From an uncultured bacterium (GTDB lineage: Bacteria; Zixibacteria; MSB-5A5; UBA10806), in NCBI GenBank assembly GCA_965541585.1, contig CBEUCH010000003.1, forward strand, positions 1 through 64,000: a stretch of 64,000 nucleotides of DNA, read 5' to 3'. Positions 37,803 through 47,952 of the stretch are shown piece by piece. The notes beneath the pieces are model-generated. The model was not told where the DNA came from, searched no databases, and saw only the letters and a list, made by a program, of their open reading frames with translations. A program made the translations under genes and the position numbers. Each line of letters begins with the position of its first letter. Position 1 is the stretch's first letter.

Positions 37803-38597
37803 TTGTTTATGTCGATATTTGAAATTTCAGCGGGGCAATTTGAGAAATTCCTTTTGATCCTTCTCAGGGTCGGTGGGATTATGGCGGTGGCGCCCTTCTT
37901 TGGCCATCGAAACATCCCGGCCACGGTCAAGATCGGATTTACAGGCATTCTCACTATTATCCTGATGCCGGTAATACCCATACCGGAACTCAGCCTGAAC
38001 GCCGGCCTCGGTTCGATTCTCGTCATAGCCGCCAAGGAGCTGGCCATGGGTCTTCTAATCGGCTTTTCTGCCATGGTCCTTTTTATGGGTGTTCAGATGT
38101 CGGGCCATATCATGGGCTTCCAGATGGGATTTCTGGTGGCCCAGGTTATCGATCCCTCCAGTGGACAGAAAATGTCAATTCTGGGGGAGTTTCAATTCAT
38201 TCTCGCCTTGTTGATATTTCTGGCAATCGATGGCCATCATCTATTGATAAACGCCATTGCGGGGAGTTTTTCCATAGTCCCTTTGGGGGAGGTTGCTTTT
38301 AGCGCCGCTTCCGCCGAGATTCCTATCAGGATCTGTGTCGATATATTCGCCATCGCGGTAAAGATCGGCGCCCCCATGATTGTAACGCTGTTTCTGACCG
38401 ATGTCGCCCTGGGGATAATAGCCCGCACCGTACCTCAGATGAATGTTTTCATAGTCGGATTCCCCCTTAAGATTGCGACGGGATTCACCGTTCTGGCCAT
38501 CTCGTTTCCGTTCATCAGCTATGTATTCGCCAAGCTATTGCACGGGATGGATCGCAATCTCACCGATCTCATCTTTGCTCTGGGCAGGAGGATATAG
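37803..38597 (+). CDS. fliR: FliR (start TTG 37803 or ATG 37809)
   Basis: Hydrophobic; QMGF..DP, DGHH, RTVPQMNVFIVGFPLK. Confidence 0.95.
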   Translation: MFMSIFEISAGQFEKFLLILLRVGGIMAVAPFFGHRNIPATVKIGFTGILTIILMPVIPIPELSLNAGLGSILVIAAKELAMGLLIGFSAMVLFMGVQMSGHIMGFQMGFLVAQVIDPSSGQKMSILGEFQFILALLIFLAIDGHHLLINAIAGSFSIVPLGEVAFSAASAEIPIRICVDIFAIAVKIGAPMIVTLFLTDVALGIIARTVPQMNVFIVGFPLKIATGFTVLAISFPFISYVFAKLLHGMDRNLTDLIFALGRRI

Positions 38598-39662
38598 TTG
38601 GCCGAAGAGTCATATCAAGAAAAAACGGAACGAGCTACCCCCAAACGGCGGGAGGACGCCCGCAAAAAGGGGCAGGTAGCACGCTCCATGGAACTTAATT
38701 CCGTGGCCATTCTCTTCTTCGGACTCGTTTCCCTGTCGTTTTTATCCGGCTGGATCTTTCAGCAGGTCTCGAGCGGCTTCACCTCAAATTACGCCTTGAT
38801 CCCCGATCTCGATCTCACACCCTCCAGCGCCCATGCGATATTCAAGGCAAATGGTTTCAGAATCTTACGCACCGTTTTCCCGATGATGGTCGTTATCATT
38901 ATCGGGGGCATTCTGATCAACTTCGCTCAGGTCGGCGCTCTATTCACCCTGGAGCCGATAACACCGAAAGCCGAGAAATTAGATCTGACTAAGGGAGTCA
39001 AGCGAATCTTCTCCAGGAAAACGGCAGTTGAGTTTCTCAGGGACATTTTGAAGGTTACCATCATAGGAACCGTAGCATTTCTGACCATTAGAGCCGAGTT
39101 CCCGAAGATATATCTGCTGGTCGATCAAAGCGCAGGCCAGGTCCTGGTTTTTTGTGCCACCACCACCCTGAAACTCGGGTTGAGGATCGCTCTGGCGCTC
39201 CTGTTTCTCGCTATCCTGGATTACGCTTTCCAGAGGTTCGAACAGGAGAAAAACATGCGCATGACGCGGCAGGAAGTTAAAGAGGAACTGAAAGAATACG
39301 AGGGCGATCCGCAAATCAAATCCCGCGTCAAGAGAATCCAGCGGGAGATGTCTCGCAAGAGGATGCTCAAGGACGTTGAGACCGCCGATGTGGTGGTCAC
39401 CAACCCGACTCATGTTGCAGTGGCTTTGCGATATGATATGGAAAAAGACGAAGCGCCGTTGCTGGTCGCCAAGGGTGAGCGGCTGATCGCTGAAAAGATA
39501 AAAGAGATCGCCAGAAAATTCGATATCCCGATTGTAGAAAATAGGCCCCTTGCCAGATCGCTCTTCGAACTGGCCGAGGTCGGAATGCAGATACCGGACA
39601 GGCTCTATCGGGCTGTGGCAGAGGTTCTGGCCTATGTCTATAACCAGAAGGGTAAAATCTGA
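38598..39662 (+). CDS. flhB: FlhB
   Basis: EKTERATPKR, EGDPQIK, NPTH autocleavage site. Confidence 0.96.
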   Translation: MAEESYQEKTERATPKRREDARKKGQVARSMELNSVAILFFGLVSLSFLSGWIFQQVSSGFTSNYALIPDLDLTPSSAHAIFKANGFRILRTVFPMMVVIIIGGILINFAQVGALFTLEPITPKAEKLDLTKGVKRIFSRKTAVEFLRDILKVTIIGTVAFLTIRAEFPKIYLLVDQSAGQVLVFCATTTLKLGLRIALALLFLAILDYAFQRFEQEKNMRMTRQEVKEELKEYEGDPQIKSRVKRIQREMSRKRMLKDVETADVVVTNPTHVAVALRYDMEKDEAPLLVAKGERLIAEKIKEIARKFDIPIVENRPLARSLFELAEVGMQIPDRLYRAVAEVLAYVYNQKGKI

Positions 39663-41773
39663 TGGCCGATGCAGCCGCCATGATTCGTGAACGACAGCAT
39701 TTCCTGGTGAAAATCAGTCAGCATTCCGATGTTGTGCTGGCGGTGATGATCGTCTTTATAATCGCCATTCTGGTTCTGCCTCTGCCACCTATGTTTCTCG
39801 ATTTTCTTCTGGCGTTCAACATAACGCTGTCTCTGATAGTCCTTCTGGTCACCATGTATATCACGCGTCCGCTGGAGCTTTCGGTTTTCCCGGGCATGCT
39901 TTTGATTCTGACTCTCTTTCGCCTGTCGTTAAACGTTGCCTCTACGAGATTGATACTCGGAACGGCATATGCAGGCGAAGTGATTGCGTCATTTGGTAAT
40001 TTCGTGGTCGGTGGGAATTATGTCGTTGGATTCATAATCTTTGCCATTCTGGTCATAATCCAGTTCGTCGTCATCACCAAGGGCTCCGGCAGGGTAGCCG
40101 AGGTTGCTGCTCGTTTCACGCTCGATGCCATGCCCGGCAAGCAGATGGCCATCGATGCCGACCTTAATGCCGGCCTTATTACGGAAGATGACGCGCGTAA
40201 CCGCCGCGATCTCATTTCCCGAGAGGCGGATTTCTACGGAGCCATGGACGGAGCTTCCAAGTTTGTACGTGGTGATGCCATTGCCGGCATCTTGATTACC
40301 CTTATAAACGTCGTGGGCGGTTTGGTTATCGGAACCCTGCAGTTAGGTTTGCCCTTACCCGATGCCCTCAGAATCTACACCTTGCTTACGGTGGGCGATG
40401 GTCTCGTCACCCAGATTCCCGCATTAATCATTGCTACCTCTGCCGGTATTCTTGTGACCCGGGCGGCGTCCGATTCTAACCTGGGTAAAGATCTATCATC
40501 TCAAATGACCTCCCATCCAAAGGCGATTTTCATCGCCTCGGCATTTCTCTTCGGCTTCGGTATGGTCCCGGGCTTGCCGACTTTACCTTTTATGCTCCTG
40601 GGAGGCTTAACTGCCACTGTAGCCTATGCTGCCATTAAAAGCAACAAGGCAGAATCTCAAGAGGAGAAACCATCTCAGAAGCCCGAGGCCCCGGTAGAGC
40701 GCATCGAGGATTTTCTTAAAGTGGATACGCTTGAAGTAGAAATTGGATATGGCCTCATACCCCTGGTCGATGATTCCCACAGCAACGATTTGCTCGATCG
40801 CATCGCAATCATACGGCGGCAGATGGCATCCGAACTGGGTTTGATAGTGCCGCCGATCAGGATCAGAGACAATGTTAGCCTCAGGCCAAACGAATATCAC
40901 ATAAAAATCAGAGGGATCTCCGTGGCGACGTCGCAACTCTATCACGGACAAATGCTGGCAATTGATCCGGGGACGATTTCAGATCCGATAGCCGGCATAA
41001 AGACAACCGAACCGGCATTCGACCTGGAGGCAATATGGATAGAGGAAAGTCAACGGGCCCTGGCGGAGAAACGCGGCTACACGGTGGTCGAGCCGACCGC
41101 AGTATTGGCCACTCATCTGACCGAGATTATCAAATCTCACGCCGCCGAGCTATTAAGCCGTCACGAGGTCGCCAGATTAATAGATAATATCAAGACCGAA
41201 CACCAGGCATTGATAGATGAACTCATTCCCAATCTCCTGAATATAGGGCAGATCCAGCATGTCCTGCAGAACTTGCTGGTGGAGAAAATACCCATCAAAG
41301 ATCTGCCAACGGTGCTGGAGGCTCTTGCAGATTATGCACCCAACACCAAGGAACCGGACGTCCTGAGTGAATTCGCCCGTCACGCGTTAGCCCGCACTAT
41401 ATCCACCCTCTATCTCGATGATGAAGGCGGCATGAAGGTGACTATTTTAGATCCTGAACTCGAAACGCTCGTGGCGGAGTCCATTCAGAGCACCAAGCAG
41501 GGCATAATAGCCGTCGTACAACCGGAACTGGTGCAAAAAATCATCCAGGAGGTTTCTGATGCTGCCCACGAGATGTCAATAGCCGGTCATGCGCCGGTGA
41601 TACTTACCAGCCCCAACATAAGGCTGGCATTCAAGAGGATCATAGCTGCCGCTCTGCCAAAAGTGGCTGTGATCTCGTTTAACGAACTAATTCCGAATAT
41701 CGAAATTGAAAGCATAAAAACCGTGAGGATGCCCGATGTTGATCAAAAAGTTCATAGCTCAGAGCCTGCCTGA
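39662..41773 (+). CDS. flhA: FlhA
   Basis: RVAEVAARFTLDAMPGKQMAIDADL, FYGAMDGASKFVRGDA. Confidence 0.97.
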   Translation: MADAAAMIRERQHFLVKISQHSDVVLAVMIVFIIAILVLPLPPMFLDFLLAFNITLSLIVLLVTMYITRPLELSVFPGMLLILTLFRLSLNVASTRLILGTAYAGEVIASFGNFVVGGNYVVGFIIFAILVIIQFVVITKGSGRVAEVAARFTLDAMPGKQMAIDADLNAGLITEDDARNRRDLISREADFYGAMDGASKFVRGDAIAGILITLINVVGGLVIGTLQLGLPLPDALRIYTLLTVGDGLVTQIPALIIATSAGILVTRAASDSNLGKDLSSQMTSHPKAIFIASAFLFGFGMVPGLPTLPFMLLGGLTATVAYAAIKSNKAESQEEKPSQKPEAPVERIEDFLKVDTLEVEIGYGLIPLVDDSHSNDLLDRIAIIRRQMASELGLIVPPIRIRDNVSLRPNEYHIKIRGISVATSQLYHGQMLAIDPGTISDPIAGIKTTEPAFDLEAIWIEESQRALAEKRGYTVVEPTAVLATHLTEIIKSHAAELLSRHEVARLIDNIKTEHQALIDELIPNLLNIGQIQHVLQNLLVEKIPIKDLPTVLEALADYAPNTKEPDVLSEFARHALARTISTLYLDDEGGMKVTILDPELETLVAESIQSTKQGIIAVVQPELVQKIIQEVSDAAHEMSIAGHAPVILTSPNIRLAFKRIIAAALPKVAVISFNELIPNIEIESIKTVRMPDVDQKVHSSEPA

Positions 41774-42956
41774 GGCTCTGTCGAAGGTAAAAGCAGATTT
41801 CGGAGAGGAGGCCGTTATCCTCAAGACCCGTTTCAACAACAAAGGCAACGGTAACGGTTCAGCCAAAGAGTCTGCGTCTGTTGAGGTGACGGCGGCAATC
41901 GACAAAGTGGATAAGAAGACTGACAGCCGTAAGAAGACTGCCGTTCAGACCCCGGCTGCCAAGAATAGGATAGCTCTCAAAACGCAGCCGAAGACTGAGA
42001 GATCGAAGGTGTCGGTGGAAACGGTCGAAATGAAAGAACCACCTCAAAGCCCGAGCGAGATTCTAATCGACATTAAGAGAGATCTGAAGCGCCTGCGTTC
42101 GGATGTAATGGCTGGCAGGACGGAGTCGCTGTTCGGACAGCCGACCGGGCTCCAACTCGAGTATGCAAGGAGATTGGTTCAGAAACATCTGCCTGAAGAT
42201 CTGGCTATCGAATTGGTCAGGAATATTCCCGCCGTCCTGTCGGATGATGATCCCGATTCAGCCTGGAATCAGCTGTTTGAGTCTCTCTCCAGCAAGCTCA
42301 GTCCCGGCGAAGCGACAAAGATCGTCGAGAGCGGCGCTACGGTGGTCATGCTCGTGGGGCCTACCGGAAGCGGGAAATCATCGGCGGCCGCGCGATTGGC
42401 GTTTAGGTTCATTGCAGAAGAAGAATGCCCGGTTACTCTGGTGACCACAGATAACTTCCGTGCCGATTCACGGGAGCAATTGATGTCGCTGGCCAACGTA
42501 ATGGGATGTCGTTTCCACGCGGTAACGTCTCCGGAGGAGTTGACGGTACTGCTGAAGACTATTAAGCAGGGCGTCGTCATTATCGATACCAGCGGGATCT
42601 CAACCAGCAGTGATATGGCCGAACTGGTTACCCTGGTGGGCGCTGCCAATCCTCATGAGGTAAACCTCGTTATTCCGGCATCGATCCCCGCGCAGGATAT
42701 ACATAATTTCATCAACGATTGCCCGGACCTCGGCGTTGACAAGCTTCTGGTTACAAAGCTCGACCAGAGCCGTCACCGCGGTGGTGTCGTCGCCGCGGCA
42801 ATCGAGCATGGGTTAGGATTCTCTTATCAGAGCGCATCGCGAGAACTTCCCGGGAATTTTGATCTGTTCGATCCTCGACTATTCGTCTCGGCCTTCAAAC
42901 CGGATGAGAATCCCATGGTGCAGGATGCTCCTGTCAGGGGTGAGGAGGCGAAATGA
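41736..42956 (+). CDS. flhF: SRP-type GTPase FlhF
   Basis: MLIKKF.. N-terminus; GPTGSGKS, DTSG, TKLD. Confidence 0.88.
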   Translation: MLIKKFIAQSLPEALSKVKADFGEEAVILKTRFNNKGNGNGSAKESASVEVTAAIDKVDKKTDSRKKTAVQTPAAKNRIALKTQPKTERSKVSVETVEMKEPPQSPSEILIDIKRDLKRLRSDVMAGRTESLFGQPTGLQLEYARRLVQKHLPEDLAIELVRNIPAVLSDDDPDSAWNQLFESLSSKLSPGEATKIVESGATVVMLVGPTGSGKSSAAARLAFRFIAEEECPVTLVTTDNFRADSREQLMSLANVMGCRFHAVTSPEELTVLLKTIKQGVVIIDTSGISTSSDMAELVTLVGAANPHEVNLVIPASIPAQDIHNFINDCPDLGVDKLLVTKLDQSRHRGGVVAAAIEHGLGFSYQSASRELPGNFDLFDPRLFVSAFKPDENPMVQDAPVRGEEAK

Positions 42957-43747
42957 TCAGCCATTCGATAGCGACAGGGATAACTTTTCTGGCAGGCTCC
43001 GGCGGTTCAGGAAGAACAACTGCGGCCACAGGCCTGGCGGCCAGGCTGGCTAAGATGAATCGCAAGGTTCTGCTCTTTGACCTCTGTTTCGGATGGACCG
43101 GTCTGAGTATCGATAAAGACAATATCCCGACCTACGAACAATTACTGGCAGCCGATGAGGATACCGAAGAAATGACGCTACCCACAGATCACGGTTTCGA
43201 TCTGTTGACCACTGTCCCTCCCGGAATTTTGAACCCTGGCGAGGATGACCTCAAGAATATCGCCTGGCTAATTCACAATCTGGCCCGGCAATATGATTTC
43301 ATAATACTCGATCCGCCCTCAGGAGCCCAGCCGCTTGGTATGCTGGCGGCCGCTCTGTGCGACGGGATATTCCTGGTGGCGAGACCCGACGCTGCCGCCG
43401 TGGCCTCATCATACTGTCTGCTCAAAACCCTCGTAGGCGAAAGTCTGAGTGATCGTATAAAGGTCGCCTTCAGTTTTGTGAATTCGCCCGAGCACGCCTC
43501 CTCTTTGAAAGCGAAATTCGATTCGCTCACGGAGCAGTTCCTGAGTCTGAAATTCCAGGATGGTGGATTTATTTATAACAACGCCGGATTCGATTCCGAG
43601 GACTTCTGTGTCGGCAGGAGCACGGATGACTTGCTGGTTCTGGCCAGAAACTTACGCCTGAACGAAACCGGACTGTTTCAAAATGAAACAAAAACCGAAA
43701 CTACGGGTGCGGCTCATCAGATGCCGTTTTTGAGAGACGATAATTAA
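42953..43747 (+). CDS. flhG: FlhG/MinD-like protein with degenerate P-loop
   Basis: Position between flhF and fliA; GSGGSGRTT, VLLFD, YDFIILD. Confidence 0.75.
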   Translation: MISHSIATGITFLAGSGGSGRTTAATGLAARLAKMNRKVLLFDLCFGWTGLSIDKDNIPTYEQLLAADEDTEEMTLPTDHGFDLLTTVPPGILNPGEDDLKNIAWLIHNLARQYDFIILDPPSGAQPLGMLAAALCDGIFLVARPDAAAVASSYCLLKTLVGESLSDRIKVAFSFVNSPEHASSLKAKFDSLTEQFLSLKFQDGGFIYNNAGFDSEDFCVGRSTDDLLVLARNLRLNETGLFQNETKTETTGAAHQMPFLRDDN

Positions 43748-43774
43748 CAGGATAACATTCAAAATATAGGTAGG

Positions 43775-44542
43775 ATGAAGAAAATGGCAAATTTGGCAAC
43801 CTGGGAGCGCTTCAAGAAAACCGAGGACACGGGCATGCGGACCAAGCTGCTGTCGGATTATCTGCCGCTTGTAAAGAACGTGGCGGGCAGGATGGCAGCG
43901 GGATTTCCGAAGTCTGTTGAACTTAACGATCTTATCAACACTGGCGTCATCGGATTAATTGAGGCATTCAACAATTTTGATCCTGGCCGCGGCGTAAAGT
44001 TCGAGACCTTCGCCGTGCCTCGAATCAGGGGAGCGATACTCGATGAACTCAGGGCGCTGGACTGGGTGCCCAGATCTACCAGGGCGAAGGCGAGAAGCAT
44101 CGATAAAGCCCTGATGAAGCTGGAAAACGAGCTCGGACGCGGCCCATCGGATAATGAATTGGCCAAGAGGATGAGTATTTCGGTCCACGAACTCTTCTCC
44201 GCACGGAAAGATGTCAACGTATCGACCCTATTATCCCTCGATGAGTTGATCTGTCGCGAGGATGATAACCGCCAGGTCCCTCGAATCGAAACTGTCCAGA
44301 ATACGACCACTATAGATGTCTTAAATGACATGGAGAAAACCGAACTCAGGGTGTTCGTCATCGAAACTATCAGCAGCCTCACCGAACAGGAACGGCTCGT
44401 GGTATCGCTGTATTATTACGAGGAACTTACTTTGAAAGAGATTGGAGATATAATGCTGATCTCGGAGTCAAGAGTATCGCAGATTCATACGAGGGCCGTT
44501 ACGCGCTTGCGGAGTTCAATCAGGGATAAGTTCGGAATTTAG
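43775..44542 (+). CDS. fliA: Flagellar sigma factor sigma28 (FliA/WhiG)
   Basis: DLINTGVIGL, RIRGAILDELRALDWVPRS, LYYYEELTLKEIG..SESRVSQIH. Confidence 0.96.
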   Translation: MKKMANLATWERFKKTEDTGMRTKLLSDYLPLVKNVAGRMAAGFPKSVELNDLINTGVIGLIEAFNNFDPGRGVKFETFAVPRIRGAILDELRALDWVPRSTRAKARSIDKALMKLENELGRGPSDNELAKRMSISVHELFSARKDVNVSTLLSLDELICREDDNRQVPRIETVQNTTTIDVLNDMEKTELRVFVIETISSLTEQERLVVSLYYYEELTLKEIGDIMLISESRVSQIHTRAVTRLRSSIRDKFGI

Positions 44543-44554
44543 CGTCTTCTCAGT

Positions 44555-44887
44555 TTGAGGATCGGGAGATTCGTTGTGAATGAACGTATCGAGCGAAATA
44601 GTGCCCTGACCAAGGCCGAGCCGGTAAGGGAGGTTCGGCAGCCGAAGGAGAGTACCGCCGGAAAGCCGAATAAGAAATTTGTGGCTGAGATAGAAAAAAG
44701 GATTTCCCGGGAAAAGGACCGGAAAAAACAGGATAAAGAAAAGGACGAGATAGTTTTGCATGATGAAGATGAATCGCCCGTCGAAGACGACAGCAAAGAC
44801 GACGATAGCAACATGGATCGAAATAGCCAGCCACCGCCGCCGTCTCCCGACGGTCGGAGAGGGAAGAAGATCGACGTTCTGGCATAG
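44555..44887 (+). CDS. Charged hypothetical protein ending RGKKIDVLA
   Basis: Fills the gap after fliA on the same strand; start uncertain (TTG 44555 or GTG 44576). Confidence 0.65.
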   Translation: MRIGRFVVNERIERNSALTKAEPVREVRQPKESTAGKPNKKFVAEIEKRISREKDRKKQDKEKDEIVLHDEDESPVEDDSKDDDSNMDRNSQPPPPSPDGRRGKKIDVLA

Positions 44888-44896
44888 GTTGGAGGA

Positions 44897-45292
44897 ATGA
44901 TGTATTTAGTAGTTTTAGCGATCTCAGCTCTGAATTTGATGATCGTATCCGGAATGTTTCTTCTTTTATTTCGCGATTCCAGAAAGCGGGAAAAAACAGC
45001 GGCCGAGGACAGGCAGTCATTATACTTACTGCAATCGAAATTGCTGGAGAAGTTAAAAGGTGTCGAGCAGGCACATTCCTCGCTGTCTCAGGGCGAGCGA
45101 GTTTTCGATCCTATCGTAGCTCCCGGCCCTGACAAGAATAGAATAAAAGCAGCCATAGACAAATTGAATAGCGGGATGGCTCCGGATATTGTGGGTCGAG
45201 AATGTGGCTACTCAAGGTCTGAAATGGGAATAATTCGCGCTTCTGCAAAGATGAATAGTATGGCCCCCGGCCGGTCTTCTACGCCCCTTTAG
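44897..45292 (+). CDS. Single-TM protein with C-terminal HTH-like motif (SwrB/DUF2802-like)
   Basis: GGAGG RBS; N-terminal TM; GMAPDIVGRECGYSRSEMGII; lies just downstream of fliA. Confidence 0.6.
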   Translation: MMYLVVLAISALNLMIVSGMFLLLFRDSRKREKTAAEDRQSLYLLQSKLLEKLKGVEQAHSSLSQGERVFDPIVAPGPDKNRIKAAIDKLNSGMAPDIVGRECGYSRSEMGIIRASAKMNSMAPGRSSTPL

Positions 45293-45314
45293 TAAAATGG
45301 GCATTTGCCGATAA
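45289..45314 (+). promoter_or_regulatory. Possible sigma28 promoter
   Basis: Perfect -10 GCCGATAA at 45307-45314; -35 weak. Confidence 0.5.
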
Positions 45315-45345
45315 AATATATGTCTATTACCGCGTGAGGGGCTAA

Positions 45346-46527
45346 TTGATGTCAAATAAACACGAACCTTTCTTTAAAATCAAACTCGAATGCCCGGTCT
45401 GCGGGCAGATAAATAACTTCGAGGTTGTCAAGCAGGGTGAATATACTGAATCGGGCCGGGACACCGATTTTGCACCGGTAGGGCGGATCTGGAAAAATCC
45501 GGCCTATCAGAAATATCATCCACTTCTGTTTTTCACGGCCACCTGCAAGAAATGTTATTATACCAGAGAACTTAACTCTTCATATAAAGAATGGCAGAGC
45601 GACTCGAATTTCAAATCTTACCGCTTACCGTCGCAAAAAAAGAAACATTTAGCGGAATTCAAAAGCGATGACAGCATTATCAGATTATTGGGCGATCAGA
45701 TTAATATCGATTCTTACCCTTTTGAATCGGCCATAATCAAACTGCTGTTGGCAATATATGATGATAATCTGCATGATCGATGCTCGTCGCTGGATATCGC
45801 CAGGTATTTTATTCGCATCGGCTGGGTTTATCGCGATCACGACCATGATGATGTTGGCCAATCCGCAGCGCAGCTGATGCTGAACAAAATACAGATAGAG
45901 ATCGATCGGCTCAAGAATGAGGCGGGCAAATTCAAATCCAGTATCTCTCCGCTGCATCGCCTCATTTCTCAGGATTTTGATAGCGTTGTTGGCTCGCCTT
46001 CCGGGAACGCCTCTTCATCAAAATTGAAATCAACCATGGAAAACATTCCGAAGGTCTGGAGCTCTCTTCTAAATAATGTCGAACAGCTTCAGACCGAATT
46101 CGACGAGGTCAAAAAGGAGATGCACCAGCCTCACTCGGATTCTCCTGAACCGCCAGGGTTCGGCGAATACCCCGGGTTTTGCGATTTTCTCTACAAGGTT
46201 AAGGAAAAATGGAATGAAATACCAATCAATGAGACCGAAGCCCTGGCGCTGGCCCTCAAATATTATATGAAAGCTTATCAAGACAGCCGCGAAATAAAAG
46301 CGGGCCTGCAGCAGCTTCAGGCGGCATATCTGATTGCCGAGCTCTCACGACGGGTCGGCGATCTCTCGCAAGCCGCCGAATATTTTAAAATTTCCAGCAA
46401 GTTAGCGCAGGAATTAATGATGAAAAACAGAAACGACAAATCGATATTCTCCAATGCCCGGAAAGTTTTTGAGATGGCTCTCGAACAAGGGCGCAGCGCC
46501 AAAGAGGTAGCTCGGGTATCTTCATGA
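45346..46527 (+). CDS. DUF2225-like Zn-binding/TPR-like protein
   Basis: ECPVCG..DTDF..CKKCYY; RIGWVYR; YLIAELSRRVGD..A.EYF. Confidence 0.75.
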   Translation: MMSNKHEPFFKIKLECPVCGQINNFEVVKQGEYTESGRDTDFAPVGRIWKNPAYQKYHPLLFFTATCKKCYYTRELNSSYKEWQSDSNFKSYRLPSQKKKHLAEFKSDDSIIRLLGDQINIDSYPFESAIIKLLLAIYDDNLHDRCSSLDIARYFIRIGWVYRDHDHDDVGQSAAQLMLNKIQIEIDRLKNEAGKFKSSISPLHRLISQDFDSVVGSPSGNASSSKLKSTMENIPKVWSSLLNNVEQLQTEFDEVKKEMHQPHSDSPEPPGFGEYPGFCDFLYKVKEKWNEIPINETEALALALKYYMKAYQDSREIKAGLQQLQAAYLIAELSRRVGDLSQAAEYFKISSKLAQELMMKNRNDKSIFSNARKVFEMALEQGRSAKEVARVSS

Positions 46528-47273
46528 GAAAAAAACAACTCAAAAAAGACGATTCCTTGGAGCTCTGGGAGAGGCTCCTACTGGTGATCGAAAAAGACGG
46601 TATTCGCTCGGAGTTCATAACCCGCCTCGAGGATATCAAACAGAGTTCGTATATTCTTGAAATGCCGATCAGGCAAAGCGGGAATGCGACTCTTTCGAAA
46701 GGAGATGTTGTGAAGGTAAGTTATAATAAAAAGGACGCCGCCTATACGTTTAAGGCCAGCATCAAAGATTTATTTGAGGGAGAGAGTAGCTCAATCGAGG
46801 TGGGAAAACCGACTGATGTCAGCCGGATCCAGAGACGGCAATTCGTCAGGCTCGATATATCCGGCAATCTTGGCTTCAGGATTCTGGAATCTCCTGAAAG
46901 CAATGAAGGCAGTATAAGCCAGAAATTTCAGGGGTCCCTTTTGAATATCTCTGCCGGAGGCGTGCTCTTCGAAACTGAAACTCCAATCAAAGCCGACAGC
47001 TTATTGATATTGGATTTCACTTTGAAAGGCCATCAGACGCTCAGCAACGTCCTCGCAGTGGTGAAACGGGCGGAAGCTATCGATGATGAAATGTATATCG
47101 TAGGATCGGAATTCATTTCCAATGACAACCGTGCTCAATACGGTCTCGAGACGCTGGGGGATTTTCTTCCGCCGGGTACCGGCACCTTCGATGACAACCT
47201 TCAGAAACTCATGGTTCAGTTTATTTACAAACAGCAGGTTGCTCGCAGAAAGAAGGGGATGCTTCAACCATGA
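46524..47273 (+). CDS. PilZ-domain flagellar brake (YcgR/MotI-like), c-di-GMP effector
   Basis: QRRQFVR (RxxxR) and NISAGG motifs after an N-terminal PilZN-like domain. Confidence 0.85.
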   Translation: MRKKQLKKDDSLELWERLLLVIEKDGIRSEFITRLEDIKQSSYILEMPIRQSGNATLSKGDVVKVSYNKKDAAYTFKASIKDLFEGESSSIEVGKPTDVSRIQRRQFVRLDISGNLGFRILESPESNEGSISQKFQGSLLNISAGGVLFETETPIKADSLLILDFTLKGHQTLSNVLAVVKRAEAIDDEMYIVGSEFISNDNRAQYGLETLGDFLPPGTGTFDDNLQKLMVQFIYKQQVARRKKGMLQP

Positions 47274-47827
47274 AAAAAGTCGCCTCGATATTCTTTTGCG
47301 CCCTTGCGGCCATTTTATTGACGGCGAGTTCATCGGAGTGCAGCAGCGTTCCCTCGGTGAATATGGCGCTGTCTTTGAAAGCCGAGGACGGTACCTTTCC
47401 ATTTTCGCGGGATCGTCTTGCATCCTCGCTTGATAAGCAGCTTCGTCTGATGGGTTTCACGGGACTGTTGAGAATTCTCGATTGCGGCACCGAGGACAAA
47501 GCGCCGGGTGAATCATTGGTTCGCATTACCGTTTGCAGGTCGTTCTGGCAATCACAGAAGGCTCTTTCTATCCCGTATCTGCTGAATCGTTATCGTCGCG
47601 TTTTCGTTCTGGAGGTGTTTCTGGAAATCCCCGCCGGGATTCATGGGACGTTTTCGGAAATGATAAAGTTGGAACGCTCGTCGGCTGCGCGAAGCCAGCT
47701 TATGTCCAATGACAGATATGATCCGGGGCTGCTTTTAGACCAGAGCGAGCGCATAAGGTTAGAAGAGATCGTGCATCGAAAATTGGCAAAACGGATTGCG
47801 AAACGTCTTTCTGAAAATCTGGAATGA
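47270..47827 (+). CDS. Hypothetical exported protein
   Basis: Signal-peptide-like N-terminus; ATGA overlap with the upstream stop. Confidence 0.6.
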   Translation: MKKVASIFFCALAAILLTASSSECSSVPSVNMALSLKAEDGTFPFSRDRLASSLDKQLRLMGFTGLLRILDCGTEDKAPGESLVRITVCRSFWQSQKALSIPYLLNRYRRVFVLEVFLEIPAGIHGTFSEMIKLERSSAARSQLMSNDRYDPGLLLDQSERIRLEEIVHRKLAKRIAKRLSENLE

Positions 47828-47952
47828 GCGAACCGTGCCAGTACAATTTCGGGAATGGCGGCGAGGATCTCGCCGCATACAGGGTATTTTTGCAGATTAA
47901 AGAAATAACGAAGGTCTTCATAGCGGGCGATTAATTGCCCGTCTGAAAATAG

